Part shown: positions 39,001 to 51,569 of the stretch, piece after piece
How positions within the stretch are numbered: the first letter of the stretch is position 1
How the letters are laid out: each line of letters begins with the position of its first letter
Assembly (NCBI GenBank): GCA_035084275.1
Contig: CM068750.1
Span: 5,456,001 to 5,520,000 of the forward strand
DNA length: 64,000 nucleotides
Direction: 5' to 3'
Source: Hydrolagus colliei
Lineage: Eukaryota
Translations under genes and position numbers: made by a program
Notes under the pieces: model-generated
The model's input: only the letters and a program-made list of their open reading frames with translations
The model's database searches: none
Told to the model about the DNA's origin: nothing

Positions 39001-42000
39001 AGAAACATGTGTAAGACAAGCACACGCTCGGAAAGATATACAATAGCTATTTCCTGCACACATGTTGCTAAGTGGCAATTCTATTTAGAAAGGCATGCGA
39101 TTCTTTGTTTTTTAACTTCAGGCTGCCTAAAATTGATCTCTACCATGAGAAACACATGAATGCTTTTCATAATGTAGAATTTTTCTCTTTCGAGGGCAAG
39201 GGTTCATTATTCAGATTCTTTCCCATTTCGCACAAAGAATTCCGTGCTGCTTTGGCAGTCGGATATTCAGCAGTGTTTATTTAGGACTAGAAAGTAAGGA
39301 AGCAATGGTTTTAGAATGGTTGAATAGAGGTCTCTAAGGGTTTGCATAAAGCAGTATGAAAGAGGCAGAATCATGTTGCAGCACAGTTTGAGGGCAGAGG
39401 GAACAAGAATTTTCTTTTCTGGCTAATAAAGAATTCATGATAATCTTCCTGATGCAAGTGGAGTGTGGAAGGAATGGAAGAGGTGACAGTGACATAGTGT
39501 GAATGTATTGATACCTCAGCTGGCACTGGAGAATAGGAAGGGGGCTGGAAGAATCAAGGACACCTGCCAGTTAACTGTCAAAGCAATGGAGAAATTTTAA
39601 TTTGCATCATGATTAACTGAAGGCTGCTCATTGAAGATATTGACAAGGAGGAGCCTTGGACAAGGGATGCGCAGGGCAAATCACACCCGAGCTTTTGTTT
39701 CTTGAGTAAGCATAGATTAGGTGGATTAGTGTTTAGCTTTCTGGTGAGCATTCATAAAAGGTGCTGGAGACAGGCTGATCTGCTCATCCACTAAATACAG
39801 CTGAGTTAATGCAACTTTTGGAGACATTGGAATCAGCCAGAGAGAGGGAGAGGGAGATTTGAAATCAAGTCAAAATGATCAACAGCTACAGATAAAGTTA
39901 AGGCATTCTTCGTCACAAACAAAACTCGGGAAGACGGAGCAAATGTGCAATATGATATTCTAGCAGCTTTTCACGTTTACGCTATTTTGTACATTGCGAT
40001 GACTTGTGTTCAGCACCACTGCAGTGTCTTTGTTGAGCTCAGCGGTTTGTCAAAAGTCACTGTGTAATCATGTGGAAACTTCAATGATTGCCGCTGGACC
40101 AATGTGTCCCTACACATCCTGCATAATGGAGTGTCAAAGCAAAATGGATGGGAAAGTTGTGGTTTATTGGCTTCATGTGCTGGTTATAAACCCTAACTAG
40201 ATGATGGATTGGAGGGAACTGTAAGTAAATTCAAGCATCTTTTCCTGTATTGATTTACAACAGTTGACTCCAGACACCTTCATTATATTGGTTATCAATC
40301 ATATTTAGTAGATCTCTCTTTCAGAGTTGTGCAGATATATATATATATTTAAATGGTGGGGGATTATTATTTGAGATTGTAAAATATGATGTTTACTGTC
40401 CTTAATGAGTGCGAGGCAAACATCTCGTGCTTGTGTAGTTTGTTTCGCGGGTTTGCAATTGTAATATTGATCTCCACTGTAACGTTGCCATTTAGAATTG
40501 TTGCTTTTCTGGTGACGGAGGTGAATTCATTCAAACAAAGTCATGCTCAAATAATGCTGGCTCAGAAACCTGAGTGTGCATTTAGCTGCTCTTGTTACAT
40601 CCAGACCTACTTTAAATGGTCCTAATCCTTTATGCCTTGTGTCATTGTCCTTTTTGCTCCAATATACAAATAAATAAATAGCCTATCCAGCTAATACTTC
40701 CAATGAAGAACTTACCTCAACATGTGTAAGTATCAGAACCAGATAATAAATCATTTTGTTTTGCAGGTAATATTTTTCGTTGACTAAATTAAAGCCATAG
40801 GGACATTCATTCCACAAATCCACATTTGTCTTTTTGTATCAGACTTCCCTCTATGCGCCTGCTATGCAGAACTATATTCGGAAAGAGTTTCATTTTTCTT
40901 GGTATTCTGTTGATACTGTGTGAAGATTGCTTGTTAGAACTTCCAGCATCCAGCAGTTAAGCTTCATCTGCTTGAATGAACAGTAGATGTGCAAATGCAG
41001 CCTTTAGCTCCCGCTTCCTTACACAGCCCGTCCCTAGGGAAATCCTATACTAGACTTTATTGAAGTAATAATTATTTCATCAGCTCTTGTGTATTTTTTG
41101 TCTGTATTTGGATTGGAACCTCTAGAGGTTGGAGTTGTCATTCCTACCCAAGACTTAACTACATGCTCTGTTTTGCAAAACAAAAGTGTTTATCACCACA
41201 TTTCAGAGGAGGAATGTCCAACGGTTCATGTCGTTTCCCCCCACTCCCCCACCCCCCCACCACTTCTCCCCACCCACACCCCATTACATTTTGTAAATGT
41301 GTGAATAAATGGTCAGCGGGAAAGGTAGTGATTTTTCCTTTTCTTTGGAGCATTTTTTATATTGTCAATTACTGTAAAGAATGAACACATGACCTGTGAT
41401 GAATTGACAAAATAAATTTTTTATACTAGATCAAGCATTAGTGCTTTAATGTTTTTGTTTCATTGAGGTTTGCTGCTTTAATGAGCCACTGTGGTACAGA
41501 ATTATTTATGGGGTGCTGGGCCTGTCTGCCTGCTCTTTTTTTTCAGCTCTCGAGTAACGCAGGAATACAACTAATGTAGTAGTTAGTGGGGAAACTACAA
41601 AAGTGACCACTGCTTTACATTTCACCATCTACCATAGGAATGTGAATCCTCTGAAATGCTAATAACTTGTTAGATCATGATGTACTGTATGCAAAATGTT
41701 ACCACGAAAGTAGCCCATCTGGTCTAATAGTGACAGGAGACTGGTTTGAAAGATTTTACAATGTCAATGAGATTTTCAGCTGCCCTGGAGAGTTATAGCC
41801 TATTTGAAACTCTGCTTTGGAAAAATTAAGTGAATAACACGTTGACCATATTTCTGCCCGAATCTGCTCAGATTAGTCTCCTGACCAAACATCCTTAAAG
41901 AATTAAATTAGAATCAAGTGAGTTGATTTGTTAAGTGGGTGACAATGACTTTGAACATCTGTTTTCCTGGGCTAAATGACATTTGCCTCTTGGTAACGCT

Positions 42001-42030
42001 AGTTTTTTTTTACCTCTTCCATCCTTACAG

Positions 42031-42214
42031 AGCAGCACAGAAGCTGAATCTATCTTCGAAGCGAAAGAAACACCATCCAGGTCTCCAGCATTCTCACGAG
42101 TTCTCGTCCTACACCACAGATTTCAGTGGCATTCTGCAAGTATCTCCTCCCCCAGCACCACCATGCCTTTTGAGGGCCGTGTCTAAAGTCAAGGACAACC
42201 CAGGCATTGGAAAG
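42031..42214 (+). CDS. KIF26A: KIF26A exon ([14 protein letters not shown]...KDNPGIGK), phase 2/0
   Basis: Acceptor ccttacag|A, donor AAG|gtatga; contains [12 protein letters not shown]; the split codon AG+A = Arg joins the previous exon. Confidence 0.94.
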
Positions 42215-42446
42215 GTATGAAAGCAAAAAACTGCCACTCATCTTCAACTTAAACCTGCAAACATAGATATATCAAATAGCATAGTTTAAAGAGTACTACC
42301 AATCTGATTTTTGAATCCTGCACATCTGTCAAACACAAATGGGAAGTATTGTGAGTCTTATGTACAGAGTAAAAATAGATGCCAGTGTGAATATTGCTGT
42401 CAGCTTTGCGCTGTGCAGCAGCAATGTCATGGTATGGTAATAATCC

Positions 42447-42603
42447 TTTTAATATAGCGACTTGTCACGTTTGTCTCAAAGCACTTCACATAATATACTG
42501 TTAAGTGAATTGACTGTACCTTTTGTGGGAGAAATGCAGCAGCCAATTGAACACAGCGATGTCCCACACACAGACGCGGATTGAGTGACCAAATTATTAT
42601 TAT
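42447..42603 (-). mobile_element. 3' half of SINE (family 1)
   Basis: tctcaaagcacttcacataatatactgttaagtgaattgactg...gcagccaattgaacacagc. Confidence 0.8.
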
Positions 42604-43149
42604 CTAGGCAGAGAGGGTGAGCATTTCAACTGGTGGAGAAGTGTATTCTCTGGTTATATCTTCACTGGATTAACTTGACTTTTAACGTAAAATTGTCTTG
42701 TTGAAGAAGGGCACTGTACTATTGTAGGATGCTATATCAATTATATGACAGGGTGGGGGGTGGGTGGGGTGAATTGAAAACTGTTTTGATTGAGATTTGG
42801 CATCAGCTGTCATGTTGGGTTTGGTTTTACAGGATAGTGTTTAGATGAGAAGCTTGTTTGCGTAGTTGCGGTCAGACGTTTTCCTTATGGGTAAACCATT
42901 ATTTATAATGATTGTTTTTTATCACGTTTATATTGGTAAAATAATAACAGTAATGTTTGTGCATGGAACCATCAATCATAATCATTTACAGTTTCTTGGT
43001 AATACATTTTTGCAAAATGGTTTATGTAACTCTACTGTCAAACACCACTTAAATTAAATTACATGAAGCAGTGTAATTTGGTTTAGAATCTGTCTGGTGC
43101 AGCGGTGAATCAGATTTACTGAAAGCGTATCAACAGAACAAAGCCCATT

Positions 43150-43330
43150 AATCCAGATCATGGCCAGTTAAGAGTCGTCTTGCATGCTACTGCCTGCGGA
43201 TGTTGGGTGAGGACAAGATCAGCCTTGGCTGTCATGTGCCCACATCTGAACAGGTTGCCAACATTTGCCATTTGGGTTCAGGGACTATAAATTGCCTGGC
43301 GCCCAAAGAATTGTATCGCTGTGTAAATTG
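43150..43330 (+). mobile_element. Ancient SINE relic (family 2)
   Basis: gggtgaggacaagatcagccttggctgtcatgtgcccac...tgccaaca; reverse complement of the 16240-16300 core. Confidence 0.5.
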
Positions 43331-43367
43331 CCTGCATTTCCTGTCCGGTGCTTTGAACCACACAGGG

Positions 43368-43734
43368 ATAATAATAATAATAATCCTTAATCCTTGCATT
43401 TGATACACGTCTTCCAGACATCTCAGAGCACTTTACAGAATATACTGTAAGGTGAATTGACTGTATATTTGTGGGCGAAACATGGCAGCCAATTGCGCAC
43501 ACTAGTGTTCCACAAACCATCACGGATTGAGTGACACAATTATTATTTTTTGAGGGATTATTATTGAGCGCCTTGGGACGTCCTCTTGACGTGAAAGGCG
43601 CTATGTAAATGTAAGTTTCGATTGATTGATTATCAGACAGGTGGAGCAAGGAAACCACGGTTTTGCCCTGCTGGGAATCGAATCCAGGTCTTTCACTTGC
43701 AAGGTATGTGCTCTAACCACTGAGCTGCAGGACT
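43368..43734 (-). mobile_element. Full-length SINE (family 1) interrupted by an L2-like tail at ~43566-43631
   Basis: Head ctctaaccactgagctgcaggac (on +), tail ataataataatcc; about 65 nt of foreign sequence in the middle. Confidence 0.87.
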
Positions 43735-46700
43735 GTATTGTGTTGAAATGGGAATTGAAACCACAACATTCGGTCTCAAGAGTGGTACCACTGTGCCAGA
43801 CTAAAACACACAATCTTAGGTCGTACTGCATTCCGGTACGATGTTCTATATAGTTTAAAATCACATGAATGCCTGAAAATGAGTTCAACTTTCTTTAGTC
43901 ATCAAATGACTCACATGAATGTCTGAGGTTAAGATAGGGTTTTTGTTTAGCAAATACGCAGGCTTGTATTTGAAATTAGATTTTACTCTGAAACTAATGA
44001 AAATGCGGTAAACGCCATGGATTAATTAAATTGAGTGCAGGTGTATGTCAGGACTGTTACTGTTCGGCTGTGGGTCATGTCTTGTGCAAAACAGTCACGG
44101 CTGCATTGAAAATGTGTTTTTCTTTATGATAATAATACTAACGTAAGAAATTGTATTTGATATCTGACAATTTTAAAGTCACAATGACTCTTAGCGCTTT
44201 ATAGATAAGATTTGCTGACCAATGTACTAACTGTGTGTGAACGTGTAGGCATAAATATACCCCAAATGTCACATTTATTTTTGAACAACAACAAATTACA
44301 TTTTTAATATATTTATACATATATACACTTCACATCTGTAAAAATCTTTACAAATATTCTTAAAACTTGGCCCTTATCATTTCCATTTGTTTTTTGAAAA
44401 GGGTGATCTCGATAAAATAATTGATAATTATTGAGGGCAGGGAATCATGTGTCTGGCAAAGCTACATGTGTTTCTACTGTCAATTAAATGGCCTTCCGGG
44501 AAGCCCGGCTTGAAGATGTATAGCTTTACAAAGTTCCAGCAATAGCATTTTAACAACAGGATTCACAGGCAGGAGAACAAGAACAATTTTCCCTTGCATG
44601 GTTAATAGATGATAAAAGTTTTAGTCAATTCACAGTATGGCTAATTGTTCAGTCTTCCTCTCACACACTACATAGATGGAGAACAATGAATCCTCCCATC
44701 ACTTGTGGGTGAATTGTCATTTAATCTCATCATGCACAGTTTCCCAGTGCAGATTTATCTATTACCTGATCCGATATTTGCTTAAGCATATGTTAATAGA
44801 TTCACAATCAGGACACGAGACATGAAAAAAAAAGAATTTTCATTTCAAACACTTGAAAGAACCGTTTCCTTCATTCCTGAGATGAGTGTGTTTTCTATCA
44901 AATTTTTTGATCAGGCATTTGTTGCAGCTGTGGGCTCTGCGGAGAGAGATCTGTATATGGATTTCGAGGAACATTTTAATTGTGTACATGAAAGCTTTTG
45001 TTCTTCCCCCACGCCCATCCCCTACCCCCTCCACACATCCGCAAAACATATTTTTTTTAATTCCACTCAAAAAATGTCTGGCAGTACTGCTCCCAACACT
45101 TCTTTGAACAACAAGTAAGTGCTCCACAATTATAAAGCTTCTGTCAGTTTTCCTGACAAGAGACTTCTTTCGTGAGATGTGCGGCAAAAAAAAGGAAAGC
45201 AATTAAACTCTCGTCTTGACACAAAATGTGCTTAAAAGGGTTGATGCCACGAAGGTCTGATGCCTTCTTCTCTTTATTGAGTGCACTGAGAAGCCTTCCG
45301 CCAGCTTTTTGTCAGGTAACTACAAAGGTACAAAGAAACTGCAGCTATTAAACTTGTAAATGTGACACATACAAACTATTTTACAAGTGGATAGAAGATG
45401 CAGAGTATGTTTTTTTATGATCTGGTTGATGTCAGACATTTGTGTGTTTCCGCAGGCAGAAAAGATGACTAATGCATGCAAAAGCAATGAATAATTTAAA
45501 CTCCCTTTAAGAATGTAACATCTTGCATGCATCTTCTGTCTTGAATCTTGGTGCAAAATGGAAACAAAGGTGGTAAAGGGAGACATGGTGGGTTCCTTTT
45601 ATGGTACGACTACGTTTAGTTACTTTGACTGAAGCTCCAGGTTCACTCGCACTGTCCTGGGGAGCGGTTTGACTTGACTTACTCAGTGTTACTGCTAAGA
45701 TAAGCAACACAGCAGTTCTGTTTACAGCACGTTACAGGGAGGCAGCTTTGATGTTGATAACGGTGGACAGATGGCCAGAAAACCATTGGTTAAACTGCAA
45801 ACTCAGAATATTTGAGGGAGGCCAGGCGGATGATGTCAGCGGTTGCTGACTTCATCCAACTTGTATATACAGTATGTTGCCAGACAACAACATACGCTGA
45901 TGAAATAGCCATTTTGCTTTAGCATGAGCCGAATATTTAAACTGATCAAAGGGTTTGAAGTAAATTTGCCTCCAGAATATACTATCACTACACTTAGCAG
46001 TACTCCATCTCATGAAGCTCTTTGTGATGTACCCCTAATGTGACAAATGCAAGCATTATTATTATTATTATTATTATTTTCAATTCAGTATCTAAAACTT
46101 GAGGTTCTCCTGATGAATTGCAAAAAATTATTATATGGAAACTCTTCTTGTGGTCATTAAAATGCAAATATTTGTCATTATTATTCCAAAAATAAATGAG
46201 AATCCAGCCTTGAATGTTGCCATATCTGCAGATAGTGTGCGTGAACATGAGAATAATCTTGAAGACTAAATTAAACCAAGTCAGATGCATCTCATCTATC
46301 AGTCCCAAATGAAGTTTACAGGAATATTGTTTCCAAACTGAGACTATATAATGTGATTTTCACTCTGGACCAATAAAGTTGGATTGAGATTGAGATTCAT
46401 GGCAGTAATACTTATGGTTAATTAAATACAATATATCCCTCGATTTAAAAATCTCGATCTGAAGATTTGAGAGGAGCTTTGTAATGTATTGTGTAACTGC
46501 AGAATATACATAACCAAGGGTACTGGACAATATGATTCTATGATTCTCTTCCCAAGAGTGGTTGATGGTTGTGATCAAGATGAATGTGAGAGGCAAAATA
46601 AAGATGATTTCAATATTTTGCACTTCACTGTTTGACCAAGATTGAATTCCTTATCAGTTTACAACAGTCAATGTTGAGCTGTTTGTAGTGTATTGAAATT

Positions 46701-46954
46701 GCCAAAGAAACCACAGCAGAAATTACCCTTGATATAAGGCATCATGAGTTAATTGTGGATTAATGTGAAATGACAGCGGTAGGTTGCTCATTAAAATGAT
46801 ACCATAATTTAATTGTATCAGAAGATTAAATTGAAGAATTATAACTAAAATGTGTTTAACTGGCTACGGCAGAGTTGTATTGAAAGATTTATATTGTCTA
46901 CCAGATTATGTTATTTTCTGAATGCATATAGCTGGTAATAATTATATAATGAAA

Positions 46955-47128
46955 AATAATAACTTTGCATTTGATATAGCGCTTTATCACATCTTTGAGA
47001 TGTCTTATAGAGCTTCACAGAATACACTATAAAGTGAATGGACTGTATATTTTGTGTGTGAAATGCGGCAGCCAATGGGGCACAGCAGTGTTGCACAAAC
47101 GGTCGTGGATTGAGTGACAAAATTATTA
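46955..47128 (-). mobile_element. 3' half of SINE (family 1)
   Basis: ttgcatttgatatagcgctttatcac...cggcagccaatggggcacagcagtg. Confidence 0.82.
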
Positions 47129-47707
47129 ACTTTTAGAAATTCTTTAAATTAAAATAACTCCCAAGGTTATGGAGACTACAAGGTTACTGAAGCGGGTTAC
47201 GGAAACCGCTATGAAACACAGTGCTCACTTCATTTAGCTTTTACAGGCAGAGACAGCCTTGAGTCTGTCATTTTCAATGCACTTTGCCATTTAAAGCAAC
47301 TGTTCCATTTAATTTACGGTAGGTCTTGTTTCTAGGACTGCCTTTTTGTATTCGTGTCAATACCAAAAGTAGAGAGCTATCACTGGGATAGAACACAGAT
47401 GCATAACACAGGCAGTGTTGAAAGTCAGGAATGTGGTGCTCACTTATCATTATTAATTCTACTGTTCAGAGATTTATTACCTATAACTTTTCTCCATGGG
47501 AAAGGCCAATATGATTTGGGTCTGCTTTATGGGTGAAAAAAGTAGAAACAAAATGAACTCAATAATTGCTTCAAAGGTGAGTTCGTTCCTTCTGACACTT
47601 GAGTTGTCTGATTAAATGAGGATAGTAGCAGCTTTCCCAATGGCTCACAGCGGTGACGACAATGGCAAATAGGATCACAAAGCTTACTCCGTTTAAGTTC
47701 AAGCATT

Positions 47708-47860
47708 AATAATAATAATATTCCTTGCATTTGATATTGTGCCTTATCACATAATTCAGACATCGCAAAGCACTTTACAGCATGTACTGTAAAGTGAATT
47801 AACTACATTTTGTGGGCCAAAATGTGGCAGCGAACAAACAGTCTTGAATTTTTTTTGATG
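47708..47860 (-). mobile_element. 3' fragment of SINE (family 1)
   Basis: aataataataatattccttgcatttgatattgtgcc...tgtaaagtgaattaact. Confidence 0.78.
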
Positions 47861-47974
47861 GACTGTTACCCCTGGAAAGTGATCCGCCAATCGACTAACA
47901 ACCAGGTTCCTACTTACTGAAGGGTCATAATTATCAGGAAGTCACCAGTCGTTGTAATCCAGAATATTGGATTT

Positions 47975-48019
47975 ATATCTACCTTTCTTACATTACGGAT
48001 ATCTACCTTTCTTACATTA
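47975..48019 (+). repeat. Perfect 21-bp tandem duplication (period 24)
   Basis: atatctacctttcttacatta at 47975-47995 and 47999-48019. Confidence 0.85.
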
Positions 48020-48109
48020 ATGATGCTGGGAGAAACTCAAGTACTAATGGATGAATATTGGCCAGCGATACTGTCAAAGGATCTTGATCACAATGTATTA
48101 GTTGCAGGT

Positions 48110-48400
48110 TGTCACAATGACTTATTTTAATGTAGGCAAACACAGCAACTAATCTGTGCCAGCATCCTTCCAATTCATCTGTACAGTATTTACAGTTTGG
48201 ATCAGAGAGCAATATTGGTTGCTCTAATGGGAAAACAATCCCACTGCTCTGCTCTTTATTTTGACTTAATGCCATAAGATCTTTAATGTCCACCCAACAG
48301 GCAGACAGGACAGAACCACGTTTTAATGTCTCATACAAAGCATGGCACCGTGCTGACAATGATCTTGATCATCCATCAGTGTAGCAAGTGAGGTGTCAGA
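48110..48400 (-). mobile_element. Deu-domain SINE relic (AmnSINE1/SacSINE1-like)
   Basis: aatgtaggcaaacacagcaactaat...tgccataagatctttaatgtccacccaacaggcagacagg...ttttaatgtctcatacaaagcatggcacc closely follows the reverse complement of the Deu domain as I recall it. Confidence 0.6.
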
Positions 48401-49592
48401 TTAACATTTTATCTGAAAGGCTGTGTCTTCATCAGTTCACTGACCTCTCGACACTGAAAGGGTTGCCAAAAATGCTCTGGATGAGCTAAAGGCCCCAGAT
48501 AGGGCTGAACCCATAAAATCCTTGTTCAAGAATAAGACCAATATACTGTACAGTACATTGAGTCAGGGTGCTCCATTATGATGGTGTCTAAAAGTTTGCA
48601 GTGTAAAGAGGTATCCTCTTTATAAATGGGACATTTTTCCTAATTGCCTTTCTTTTAGTAGTTGTCCACACACACGTGTATCATAATTCAGCATGTATAC
48701 CATTATTAAATTAGGATTCTAACTGTGAAAAGGTGACCCGTTTCTGAGGTTAGGGTTTTAGGATTAAGACTTCTTAATTGCGGTAGAGGAGAGCAAGTCT
48801 GACTTTGCACATAACAGTATTTGATTTGGAAAATGTAAGGTGCTAAAATGTAAGGTGTAAGAAATAGAAAAATACTGTAGGGCATTTCATTCTGCAGCAC
48901 AGACTTGAAACTGTAGCTTATAAATCCCAAATATCTGAAAATGTTACGGACTTTTACATCTTTGCTTTTCATCTGTTTCTCCAGGTACAGATAACCAGAA
49001 CGTACAAATCACAATCTAAATGACTATGTTTCTAGGGATTTTTTTTCTGTCCTACTATATTTTCTCACTTTTATCTGGAATTTTCAAATAAAATTCTGCG
49101 TTTTCTGAGAAACTTAGCTGCCTTGATCAAATCCCCAACAGATGGCTGTAAATTTCGCAAGATAATTGTCCTGTATATATTTGCCACAGGGCTCCATTAA
49201 TGTCTGAGATAGGCAAATTGGCTAGCTTGCTTTAATAAGTCCTGTCTGCTATTTTGTCTTCTGAATGTTCGCTGTACATAACTATATTTATATAATTATA
49301 ATTCAAATTAACTTTTTTTTAAACGACATCCTATATACTGAACAATTTTTCTGTTTGTATACCTCTGGATGCATTTAATTTTCTAGAATGCTATTACAAT
49401 GCACTTGCCATAGTTCCCATAGTTTTACCTTCCCTGATCTGAATACCTGAACAGTGATCTAGATAAGTCTACAACCAGAATATTAAAACTGATTTGAGAA
49501 CAATTGTTCATTTACAAATTCAGACATGCAGGTCTATTTTGAAAGATGCCATCAGTCAGACTCACACTGTATCACACTGTATGAACTAAGCA

Positions 49593-49726
49593 TAATTGGC
49601 TGTCACGTTTCGCCCACAAAATATACAGTCAATTCGCTTTGCAGTGTGCTCTGTGAAGCGCTTTGAGACATCTTGAAGACGTGATAAAGGGCTGTATCAA
49701 ATGCAAGGATTATAATAATTATTATT
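49593..49726 (+). mobile_element. 3' fragment of SINE (family 1)
   Basis: aattggctgtcacgtttcgcccacaaaatatacagtcaattcgc...aaatgcaaggattataataat. Confidence 0.82.
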
Positions 49727-50262
49727 GTCAGGTAGGCATCCTGCATCAATATGCACATCTCATGTAGTACATACCCCCAAACTTAACAAAGCCCAATAAG
49801 TATAATCTGTTGTATACATCCACACGTGAATGTCCCCGAGATTTTAGACTCTCAAAAGTAATGTATAAAATTGTGCTGTGTGAGCAAACTGTATCACAGG
49901 TTTCTCTCAGTGTCTGAACCCATCTGGCTGAGTGTGGCAGCCAACTCCCTGGAAGCTGATAGTCCAGACATATTGCTTTTACTTTTAGCTTTTATTGCTG
50001 TTTTACATTCGCTACAACCATTTAGCTGCTTCAGGGAATCACAAAGCACTGGGTGTTATAGGAAAGCTTGGCACGGCAGGGCCTATCCTGCCATTTGCAT
50101 TTCACCATTAGTATAATCCATTAGAGTTTGAGGCTTTGAGACTTTGAAATGCTCTCACGCAATGTATTTGCATTTGCCGATCAGCCTGTAATGAGAAAGC
50201 AGTTATTGTAGCTCCACTGTTCATAGTTGATCTGCTGATTGATTGTGGTCATTTTCTTGCAG

Positions 50263-50472
50263 GTCAAGGTAATGGTACGGATCTGTCCTTCCCAAGGAGC
50301 AAGCGACACATCGGAATCGATGTCTTTCTTAAAAGTAGACTCTCGTAAAAAGCAAATAACCCTGTATGACCCCTCAGTCAGTGGACATATAAGTTCTGCT
50401 CATCGTCGAACAATTGTTGCTGCTCCAAAAATGTTTGCGTTCGATGCTGTGTTCACTCAAGACGCCTCGCAA
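50263..50472 (+). CDS. KIF26A: KIF26A motor domain exon (VKVMVRICP...[14 protein letters not shown]), phase 0/0
   Basis: Acceptor ttttcttgcag|GTC, donor CAA|gtaagt; kinesin beta1 VKVxVR and FxFDxVF motifs. Confidence 0.95.
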
Positions 50473-50616
50473 GTAAGTGGAAACCAAGTCCTGCAGTTGA
50501 ATTGACTACTACCTAACTGTTTGATTCAATGCGGTATTTATTTTTTGAAATGATTGGAGCATAATAATAATACTGACCGGCTAATGTGTTTCATTCATTT
50601 CTTCTAACATTCCTAG

Positions 50617-50710
50617 GCGGAGGTTTGCTCAGGAACAGTAGCAGAAGTCATCCAGTCTGTCGTGAATGGCGCAGATGGCTGCATATTTTGCTTTGGTCAT
50701 GTCAAGCTTG
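50617..50710 (+). CDS. KIF26A: KIF26A motor domain exon ([31 protein letters not shown]), phase 0/1
   Basis: Translated by hand (too short for the ORF track). Acceptor ttcctag|GCG, donor CTTG|gtgagc; first half of the P-loop. Confidence 0.95.
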
Positions 50711-51569
50711 GTGAGCTCCCAAATTCGTTACAGTTAATTACAATGTCAGGCTGGTAATTACATGCTGTCAGCTTCTGCAACAATAAACGTAGTTGCGAGT
50801 GAATGGATTACAATTTCCTTTTCAATTGACTTTGCAGACTTACCAAATTTTGTTTCGAAATTAATTCCTGAAGTGTTAATAAGAAAAGCAGTAATAATCT
50901 TTAAAGTATAGCAAACAGCTCAAATTAGATTTTCCCTTTCTTACAAGTACCATGATATTATAAATATTAATAACAGCAACTCAAAATGTGGAAGCAATTC
51001 AAATAAGCCTTTCTTTTTGGATTATTCTCATTTCGAAATTAGTCTTTTTGATGCTGTGTTTTGCCAATTTATATTTTGTTAAATTTTGTAAAATATGTAT
51101 ATTAAGTAGAAATGATTCTTCTTATCATGAAAATAACATTTGCAAATATTTAAATGCATTGCATAACTTTGGGATTTTCATCCTGAAAATTATAGAGATA
51201 AAAAGAATCCATGTCCAGACAGGATATAAAAAAAGCCTGTCCTTGCGAGATATTTTCCACAGGTCTTCTCCTTTCTTGCATGTCTCTAATGATATTCAGG
51301 CGCTTTTCAATACATTGGCTACATTCAAAATGTTCTTGAAAGTTATTTTCTCTCAGCAAATACAGTTAATGTGTCCTGCGGAGTACAGTGTTGCAGCAGA
51401 GTTTCCAGGTTGACTTGACCCACATTTAATATTTATAAACCTTTCTCGATTCCTGTCGAGAATGTTAGACCACAGTTCTGAAGCGTTAGAAAAGCAACTA
51501 GCTCACTGGACCAGTCTGTGACAATTACATTCATGCCCTTGTAAGCACCTTTTGTGCTTCTGAGTGAAG

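Noticed and set aside
50988-51413. 141-aa ORF within a motor-domain intron
   Set aside because: AT-rich, non-ATG start, no homology; the flanking exons already join correctly to form the P-loop.
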